From the human T2T-CHM13v2.0 reference genome, Homo sapiens: a stretch of 64,000 nucleotides of DNA. Shown piece by piece: positions 55,201-64,000 of this stretch. The position numbers and the translations under genes were made by a program. The notes beneath the pieces were generated by a model. That model was not told where the DNA came from, ran no database searches, and saw only the letters and a program-made list of their open reading frames with translations. The DNA lies in assembly GCF_009914755.1 (NCBI RefSeq), contig NC_060942.1; one strand, written 5' to 3'. Every line of letters begins with the position of its first letter. The first letter of the stretch is position 1.

Positions 55201-55549
55201 GTAATACTAGGTGCTAGAAGACAGTGGAGCAATTTTCATCATAGACTTCCATGGTGAAAGTCTATCTTGAAAAAGCTGTCACTGAAATGAAAGGGTAGAA
55301 TAAAAACATTCTAAAAGGAAATGTGAATATAGTCTTATAGTGAGGATTGGACTAATGAAGAGATTACAGGTTCAAGGAAAAGGGAATTACCAAAGAATAG
55401 GTGGAGGCTGACCTTGAAAAGAATTAGAGGAAAAAAGATCTTCTCATATCACCTTCCCTCCCCCAAATTAAGAAAGTTAAAATCTAAGCCATCAGAGGTA
55501 ACTCTGACGGTCATATCCCTTTAACTTAACAATATTACATATTATTAGG

Positions 55550-55992
55550 TGTGAACCTCAAATATCTGAGACAGGTCTTAGTTAATTTAGAAAGTTTATT
55601 TTGCCAAGGTTGAGGACTCATGCCTGTGACACAGCCTCAGGAGGTCCTGACGACATGTGCCCGGGATGGTCAGGGCACAGCTTGATTTTATACATTTTAG
55701 GGAGACATGAGACATCAATCAATTTATGTAAGATGTACATTGGTTCTGTCCAGAAAGGTGGGACAACTCGAAGCAGGGACAGGACTTCCAGGTCACAGGT
55801 AGGTGAGAGACAAATGGTTGCACTGAGTTTCTCATTAGCTTTTTCAAAGGAGGGACTCATATATGCATTTATCTCAGTGACCAGAGGGATGACTTCGAAT
55901 AGGATGGGAGGCAGGGTTGCCCTACGCAGTTCTCAGATTGACTTCCCTTTAACTTAGAGATCTTGGATCCGAAGATTTATTTTCCTTTCACA
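55550..55992 (-). mobile_element. MER4A1-like ERV1 solo LTR
   Basis: tgtgaacctcaaatatctgagacaggtc...gacacagcctcaggaggtcctgacgacatgtgccc...ttcctttcaca; 4-bp TSD TAGG (55546-55549, 55993-55996). Confidence 0.9.
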
Positions 55993-56354
55993 TAGGTCAC
56001 TGTAATTTCTCAAATCCCAATTTCCTCATAAGATTTCCAAGTATTTCTGCAAATGATGCTTTAACTTTACATTACAAGTGATCTCACAGTTCTAGAAGAC
56101 TTCTGACACATAAGGATTATGTTGTCTGCTCAAGAACAAAAAAAGCATTTGTGAAAACTCACTGCTTTCTTGACTTTTGTTGACTTTGTATTGTCTTTAT
56201 CTCTGCCTCTTAATATGTTCACTAATTGTTGCAGGTGTGAACAGACATTAAAATCAGTATGGGAATACACTGATTAAATCAAAGTAAAAGCTTGAAGGCA
56301 GAAAGAATAACATTAAACTGTTAAATACTTTTCTACCGTTTAAAAATACATTGA

Positions 56355-56750
56355 CAGTTAATATTTACTGAGCACCTAGTATGTGCCAAGTACTGCCCAT
56401 AGATACATGGATAAAAGATATTACCCATGTCTTCAAAGAGCTTACAATATGGAGAAAAAACAGACAAGTAAATAATTACAATACAGAATAATGAAGTGCC
56501 AGGAAAGAAAATGCACAAACTGCTTTGAATAGATAGATAAAAAGGAAAACATGTAGGAAGTTAAAAATACATATATATTTTCAACTTAATCTATAGTATT
56601 AGGTCGTGATAATCTGTAATACTCCTTTAAAGAAGATTATTATTCTCATATTTGAGGCTCAAAAGGATTAAGCAATATATTGGATGTCACACATCGAGTG
56701 GCAGAGCTGGAATTGGTCTTAAACCGCGATGTCCTGATTCCAAATGATAC
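56355..56750 (-). mobile_element. L2 (~56355-56520) and MIR (~56590-56750) fragments
   Basis: atatttactgagcacctagtatgtgccaag...; tgaggctcaaaaggattaag...gtggcagagctggaatt. Confidence 0.6.
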
Positions 56751-57005
56751 ACTATGTTCTAAAAGAGATTTCTTTTCCTGAAAGCATGTATTAGAAGACA
56801 AGGTTTTACTTTCCTTCAACAAGATACATAATAAACATCAGTGAGATTTTTGGTTTGTTTTGTTAGGGCATTAAAAGGCAAATTTTTCTTTTTCTTGAAC
56901 AGATTGCCCCTTTCTTTTGTTTTCTTTACATTTATATGGCATCAGATGCCATTGCCCATACACATTAGTATCATATTAATTTTTTTACATATATATTTTT
57001 TAAAT

Positions 57006-57125
57006 AGAGACGAGGTTTTGCCCTGTTGCCCAGGCTGGTCTTGAATTCCTAGCCTCAAGCAATTCTCCCCATACCCAGCCTTCCAAAGTGCTAGGATTAC
57101 AAGTATGAACCCACCATGCCTGGCC
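57006..57125 (-). mobile_element. Alu left monomer (FLAM-like), copy 1
   Basis: agagacgagg...tgttgcccaggctggtcttgaattcctagcctcaagcaattctcc...ccaaagtgctaggattac...tggcc. Confidence 0.9.
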
Positions 57126-57589
57126 CAACATTAATTTGGCATGCTCAAAAACCTTCAGTTGCTCACTATGAACTATCAAGCATATTTCAAATGTTTCAAA
57201 CCAATATCCCCAGCTCCTAGCTAGACCACATTATTCTAGCGTGAGAGGGGATTGTGTAAAGTAAATAAGATCTGAGAAATAGACAAATCAAAAAAAAAAC
57301 CCTAGCTAAGTTGAAGTTAAAGATAAATTTTACCAGGTTAGCCACAGAGAAGCCACGTCCAGGTACAGCACCAGGACAGGGAAGCTGGATTCAGAGCTGT
57401 ATCTCAGGGAGGGGTGAGGTGTGCTCTAAGAAAAAGCAGCTCACATTCGTAATGCCCAAAGCCCCTTTGAAGTGTGGACGAAAAAGAGAAAGTTCCTGTC
57501 TCTTTAAATAATCAGAGTAGAATGATGAATTTTTTATTCCTGCGTATAAAACCAAATTTATCACCTTGGCTCTAACTAGCACCTCCTCC

Positions 57590-58400
57590 CAACTTCCTGC
57601 CCTAACCCAGGCACAGAAGTTTAAGTCATGATTGTTTCATCTTTTCCAGTTCCAACTTTTCTTCATATCCAGTTAGTCTGCAAGTGTTAGAGACTCTGCC
57701 TCCTTGATGTTTCAGACGTCTGGCCAATCCTTCCCTCCCCTGGATCCTTGGTTGAAGTTCTCCTTACCAATTTTCCCTGGACTCTTAACTGATTTTCCCA
57801 CCTTCTCTCCAGAAACACTACTAAACAGAGATTTATCAACATTACTTTGTTCTCCTTTTTCTTTACACATATATGGCCTCAGATGCCATTGCCCACATAT
57901 ATTAGTATCATATTAACTTTACTTTTTTTTACATATATATATTTTAAATAGAGACGGGGTCTTGCCCTGTTGCCCAGGCTGGTCTTCAACTCCTAACCTC
58001 CCCCAACCCAGCCTTCCAAAGTGCTAAGATTACAAGTGTGAACCACCACAACTGGCCCAACATTACTTTGGCATGTTCAAAAACCTTCAGTTGCTCACTA
58101 TGAACTATGGAGTATATTCCAAATACTTCAATCCAATATCCCCAGCTCCTAGCTAGTGGTTTTTATCTGGATTTCCTGCCTCCCTCATCCCTCCTCAGTC
58201 TCCTAAAGTGACCCTATTCTCTAAGCAAATTAAATTATTATTATTCTCCCAGACAGGCCCTTTGCATCCTGCATCTGCACCATGGTATCTGCGTTTTCTT
58301 TAACTGGGAATGCCCTTTTATTTTTCAGGGTCTAGTTCATATGTTCCCTTAAGCCTTTCTCCTCCTGATGGAAATCATTTCTCCCTTTTCTGATCTGGCC
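57590..58400 (+). mobile_element. L2 fragment interrupted by the FLAM insertion
   Basis: tggactcttaactgattttccc...[insert]...tcaaaaaccttcagttgctc...tgggaatgccctt. Confidence 0.55.
57950..58057 (-). mobile_element. Alu left monomer (FLAM-like), copy 2
   Basis: agagacggggtcttgccctgttgcccaggctgg...tggcc; 13-bp direct repeat caacattactttg at 57837-57849 and 58058-58070. Confidence 0.9.
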
Positions 58401-58944
58401 TAGCATTTTGTTTTTTAAGGGGTCCTGTAACCCTCATCACCAATAGATCTGTGCCAGTCAGTCACGTGCTAAGCACCTCTTGTACAGTCACTCCTGACGA
58501 AGAATTCCAGTTCATCCTCTTCCTAACTATGTAGCATTTGCCAATACCCATGGTATAAATACACCATGGCCAATTTCAAGGCATTGAGAGGCCTTGAAAG
58601 TGAGAGGCTTTGAGGCATTGAGAGGCTCCGGTGAAAGGTGATAGGAGTTGACCCCACCACCTCACTGTTTGTTTCTTTGTAAACTGAGGAAACAAAACAT
58701 TTTTGTGGAATCCTTGTAAGGATTAAATGACAAAGTAAATGTAAATTACTTGACACAGCCTGGCGTAAACACTCCATGTCATTACCTCTGCTGTTATTGC
58801 TTCTGTTGCTGCTGCTGCTACACTATTATTGTTAATAATGGTATGTATACCTATGCCTATTCCTATTATTATTTCTATCACTAGTATTAATGGTAATACC
58901 TCCCTCCTAAACTGTAAACTCCTTGAAGGAGGAAAAGGAAACCA

Positions 58945-59180
58945 ATATTTATTGAGCATCTACTATTTTACAGGCACAAGACTTTAACCATCTCTCAAAT
59001 GTCTAAGAGTTTCATATATACTTTTTTCTCACTTAATTACAATCACCCTGTGAGATAGAGTCTATAATTACCTCCAGTTTGTAAATGACAAACAGAGACA
59101 TAAAGAGATGAAGTCACTTCTTCAAGATTGCATAGATAGTAAGTGGTAGGGCTGAAACTCACTGAAGTTTGGCTGGCTTT
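58945..59180 (-). mobile_element. MIR
   Basis: atttattgagcatctacta...accctgtgagatag...gagatgaagtcactt...tagtaagtggtagggctg. Confidence 0.7.
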
Positions 59181-59997
59181 CCAATCCATTTTTTGATTAA
59201 ACATATTGATACTCAAGATTTAAGTCTTACGTTTAGGTAGCAAACTTACCTTTGCCAAAAAATCTTCTTCCTGTGAATTATTTTTTATGGGTCAAGGAAA
59301 ACTGCAGGATTTTCCTAACTTCCTAAAATGCTGTACAAAGGCAAAGTCATAAGAGAAAACACTGAGTAGCAATTACTTGCAACTTCTTAACAAAGAAGAA
59401 TGTTAGCCACATAATTTCATTTTAAATACATGCTTTTTATAAAGAATGAGCACAGATTTAATGCAATTATAAATGTCACATAAAACGGGAAATTAGTAGG
59501 CATGTGGAACAAGTCTCAGAAATCAAAATTGATCATTCTTGTCTAACTGTAGTCAGAGAAATTGCCCATAGACTGGGCTGTAGTTTCATTAGCTTGATTA
59601 AAAGTGAAAACTGGAGGAAGGGTAAAGTAGGTCAAAAACTTCCTGACTCCTTGAGGATTAAAACATTTACTAGATACTAAGTATGGGTGAAAGGATCAGT
59701 AACAATCTATTCGCCAGCCTTGGCGGATACGGAAAGAAAGACAGGGCACCCTGGACTGCAAAAATTGATTATAGCAAGAATGAAAAGCACAGAGGAATTG
59801 GGCATGAACTCTAGAGCAAGGATTTCTAAAGTGAAAATGCCTTTATTTATGACCCAAGCTAGGGAATTCATAGCTAGAGGGTCAGCATGTATACAGGTAA
59901 CATATGGCAAGTTTTATTATGGGACTGACCAAGTTTTTCAAAGCCAGGGCTCTTAATTATATAATTCAAGCTTTCTACCAATTTTTTTTGCTCTACT

Positions 59998-59998
<1 letters not shown>

Positions 59999-60028
<30 letters not shown>
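59999..60028. repeat. (CA)15 microsatellite
   Basis: Direct. Confidence 0.95.
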
Positions 60029-60029
<1 letters not shown>

Positions 60030-61032
60030 CCCTACCATTATACAAAACTAGATATTGCTCCTAAACTGCAATTAAGCTACTGTTTACCTTCCCCTTACCC
60101 ACATCCACCCCATAGTTCCATTTATGAGCTCCCAGTCTCATTTACAAAACAGCACTCTCGCATAAACTGGTTGGGTGGTGGGAAGGAGAGGGAAAATAAG
60201 TAGGAGTGGTGGGAAAGAGAAGATTTCAGAGAACTGACAATGGCCTGAGTGAACATGATAACAGCTGAACTTTTAGCCTCAGGAGTGCCACCATTTTTGA
60301 GGAACTTGATGGAGAAGGAATTCATAGAAAGATAAATAATGAGAATTAGAATAAGCAAGAGTGGTGACCACCTTTTCCAAGAAATCTCCAAGGAAATTAA
60401 GCATTCCTTTTCTTCTTCTGTTCAATTTCTTAAAAAGGTAATACTGTAATTCTTCGATTCTCCATACACCATCAATGTATTAACAGCTTCTCTGAGGAGT
60501 GAGGAAAGCCTACTATGAGAACATTAAATATGTAAACATTGATTTTTAAGATATATCTCATTTCAGAAATGTTAAGTTGGGAGGAGGGGTGTGGTGAAGC
60601 AGGTGAGAGTTAGGTAGGGGAGTGGAAGTGAGAGTACAACTCAAAATTCAGCAAATCTAGTGCCTGGACTACCTCTTCTGACCCTGTTGGGAGTTGGTTG
60701 CCTCCACAGATGGGTGGCTTTGGGTAGGCTGGTGAGTTGATGACCACAAAAGAGCCATGGAGCTTCCACTCACCTAATGACTGTCCCAGAAGAAACTGGG
60801 ATGGATAGAACCTCTGTAGTAAATGAAAATTAAGCTATCACTTTTACTTATAGAAAGAGCCTCAAAAATGCACTTAGAAGAGAGCCTTTATGGAGATCTT
60901 AGATATTACAAGAAAACATGACAGTATATCATAAGGTGCATCAACATTAAATCAGAATACAGCTCAATGTCATAGTGCTATTCCACCTCCCAGTCAAGGT
61001 TCTCTCTCGAGAAATAGAAAAAAACCCATTTT

Positions 61033-61357
<325 letters not shown>

Positions 61358-61504
61358 TTAAAATCCTTCTGTATAGAGTACAGAAGAAATAAAAACTTAG
61401 TAAATGAAAACAACTTCTGGTCAGAGAACTGTGTCCCCTTTCAGCATATAAAACCATACTATCCACCCTGTCCAAGACAGATCCCTAGTGATGGACTTTG
61501 GTCA

Positions 61505-61551
61505 GTAGCAGAAACATACACAAACAAATCCAGAAATGTTGAAAGTTTATT
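61505..61551 (-). terminator. Candidate cleavage/polyadenylation site
   Basis: Minus strand: AATAAA (61551-61546), followed about 17 nt later by the GU/U-rich element atttgtttgtgtatgtttc. Confidence 0.6.
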
Positions 61552-63541
61552 TAGAGGAGCACTCAAACTATTTTCTTTATGGGATTCTACAATGGGAATA
61601 TTGTTGTTTGTGAACCATACATACTGAAATACACGAACAACTTTTTACTCCAATTTATACTGGTGACCACCTGTGTCATTCTCTGGGGTTTTGTACTCTA
61701 TACAAAAGGATTTTAACTCCTAAGTAAAATGGGTTTGTTGCTATTTCTCAAGAGAGAAACTTGATTGGGAGGTGGAATAGCATTATGACATTAAGTTGCA
61801 TTCTGATTTAATGTTGATGCACCTTATGGTACACTGTCATGTTTCATTGTACTATCTAAGATCTCCATAAAGTCTCTCTTTTCTTTTAAGTGCATTTTTG
61901 AGACTCTTTCTATAAGCAAAAATGATAGCTTAAGAAGTTTGGCTCTTAAAATCATGACACCACTGTCTGCATTTACCTCTCTTAAAGGCATTAGGCCACA
62001 TCAGAACCTTAAAACACCCCATCTTCTTAAACAGAGTCACGGAGTCGACTGACTGCTTCTATAGAGATGTCATTTGAGCTTTGCTAAGCAGTAGTTCCAT
62101 TAACCATGAAAAGCTCAGGAAAACTGGAATAATGAGGAAAGAAATCAGAGCAAGACCATAAAAGCCCAGTTCATTTCAAGGAGAAAGCAGTAACCATCCC
62201 TCCCCACTACATTTTAAATATCACAACGAATTTACGTAACAAACTAAACAATTCACTGAAAGCACACTTTATGTACAACTTTAATTTCTTCCTACTGTGT
62301 TCATTACCAAGCTGTTTTCTTTCTTTAGGGAGGATGAGGGGGAAACTTTTAAAAGACTCATTTAACACAGAAGTCAATTTCCACTAATGTATTCTTCATG
62401 TGGCATATGTAGTCTTCCAAAGCAGATCTATATATACAAATACACATGTATCAGTATCTTCTTTTATAAGAACAACAGCAATTAGCCCACCCCAAACACA
62501 TTATTGCTATTCATATCCTCTAGGGAAAAACATGAATATGAGAACCACCTCATTTATAATAAATGCAAACTGATTAGTATTTCTGATAGAACTGTTTTGT
62601 AAAAAACACCTCTAATTGTGAAAAGAATAATGCGACTATTGTATAACCCAGCTTTTACCTTCTAGAAAGTTAGGCAGGGAGTCTTTTTCATGCATTCATC
62701 CCTAAGGAAGTAGAAATAAAGTGCTTTGCACCAACTGTTGCTATCAAGTTATATAAGACAGAAAGAGTTGGTACGACATTGCGGTCTTTGTGATTTGGGG
62801 TGTGTAAAGGTACCATCAGCTTTCACAGAATCACCAAGGGCTCCCCCGGTCAAGATCCCAAAGTCACCTTTGTACGTGTTCAGTGGAGGGGAGGAAAATA
62901 AGAATTTGCACTAGTGTGTAGGAGGCCAAAGTAGAAAAGAGGGAGAGATGAAAACAGGCAACCTGACCGCCTACAAAATATTCATCACAGATTTCAAAGA
63001 AGGCTTTTCTCCTTGAGCTCTTCAGATCATGCCTCAGGTAGGGGGATAGGGGGTTTTAATTGGGAGGAACACATGCCTAGTTAGAAATGGGGAATATAAA
63101 AAACACTACTTACAATTCCTCAAATCTCATTCTGTACATAAAATGTAGCCAGTGGAAGCAGAAGAGGAGACATCTGCACATAGCACACATGCATGCACAG
63201 GCACTCTTAGATTCAAAGCAAGTTGCTACAACCAGCCAGAGAAAATAACAGACATGTGTGCTTAGGCAAAATATAGGTAAGAAACAAAGACATTAAGGGG
63301 AATACACTAAATAGAATACGTACATACATATATATATATATATGTACGTATATATGTATGTATAGTGAGTTCTAGCTTTAATCAACGCAATCCGCAAAAT
63401 AATTTTCTTTACTATTGAAGAGTTTTCTAATAGCTAGCCCTTGATTAAATCTCCTCAAATGGAACGCAAGTGTTTGGTTATTACAGAATTAGACTGAGCC
63501 AGAATCTGCTACCAGACGGGACTTATCACAGATGTAGAGAT
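61530..63541 (-). other. Candidate terminal exon / 3' UTR (~2 kb) of an unidentified minus-strand gene
   Basis: Acceptor tctgttatttttcag|atctc at 63541; repeat-free, U-rich body; Pumilio elements UGUAHAUA (62270-62277, 62431-62438); ends at a canonical poly(A) site; MIR and Alu lie just outside both ends. Confidence 0.55.
63316..63364. repeat. (TA)n/(TACA)n quasi-palindromic microsatellite
   Basis: Direct. Confidence 0.9.
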
Positions 63542-63684
63542 CTGAAAAATAACAGATATATATTATAAGCCCTTTCAGAATTCTGGCCCCAAAGGTATCC
63601 ATAAAATATATATTTCTGGCTTAGCTCCATGATTTTTACATATGACCCAGGTACTTTATCTGACTGTTCAAATGTCGGTTGGCA

Positions 63685-63870
63685 CCTTAGTCATTTACAG
63701 GGCACTTTTTTGCCTGCATGATCCCATCAGACTCTTGTGATGGTCCAGTGAGGTAGGTGGGAGAATTATTGGCCCTGCTTAATAGATGAGGAAACTGAAA
63801 TTCATACAACTAAATAAGTCAGAGGTAATGAAGATAGAACCAGTAACCAAACTGTCTCTTAGTCTAATGC
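63685..63870 (-). mobile_element. MIR
   Basis: tgaggtaggt...atagatgaggaaactga. Confidence 0.7.
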
Positions 63871-63957
63871 ACTTTGAGGAATTATAGATACATTGTGTCT
63901 TACAATATACAGAATATTGCTTTTATGGTTTACTAATCACAGCATTCTGGCAGTGGC

Positions 63958-63991
63958 TTTTTTGTTTTTTGTTTGTTTTTTTGTTTGTTTT
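63958..63991. repeat. T-rich (GTTT/GTTTT)n repeat
   Basis: Direct. Confidence 0.85.
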
Positions 63992-64000
63992 GGCAATGCC

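Noticed and set aside
55601-55957. 118-aa ORF
   Set aside because: Lies wholly within the MER4A1 LTR
61530-63541. Assigning a gene symbol to the candidate terminal exon
   Set aside because: I could not match the sequence or the possible peptides to any gene I know; this needs BLAT
63749-63765. tgaggtag resembling a let-7 5' end
   Set aside because: Part of a MIR; no mature-miRNA match or hairpin

Overview
Primate (human-like; contains an AluY) AT-rich, largely non-coding genomic DNA. I can support no protein-coding region: the supplied ORFs are short chance ORFs or Alu/L1/LTR artefacts. Much of the window is recognisable interspersed repeat: Alu/FLAM, L1PA/PB/MA/MB/MC/ME fragments, MIR, L2, MaLR MLT1 LTRs, ERV1 solo LTRs (MER51A, MER4A1) and hAT elements (MER94, Arthur1, MER5A). 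Repeat families were assigned by eye from remembered consensus sequences, and many boundaries are approximate. The right end probably holds the ~2 kb last exon and poly(A) site of an unidentified minus-strand gene. A ~6.5 kb repeat-free block at 43.4-49.9 kb has further minus-strand splice acceptors and enhancer-like sequence. The most unusual structures are: a TSD-flanked Alu monomer carrying a unique 3' extension (BC200-like layout) that was later locally duplicated; an apparently older L1MA fragment inside a younger MER51A LTR without TSD; a perfect 115-bp tandem duplication; and several fold-back/template-switch scars. I found no evidence of a novel multi-gene system.
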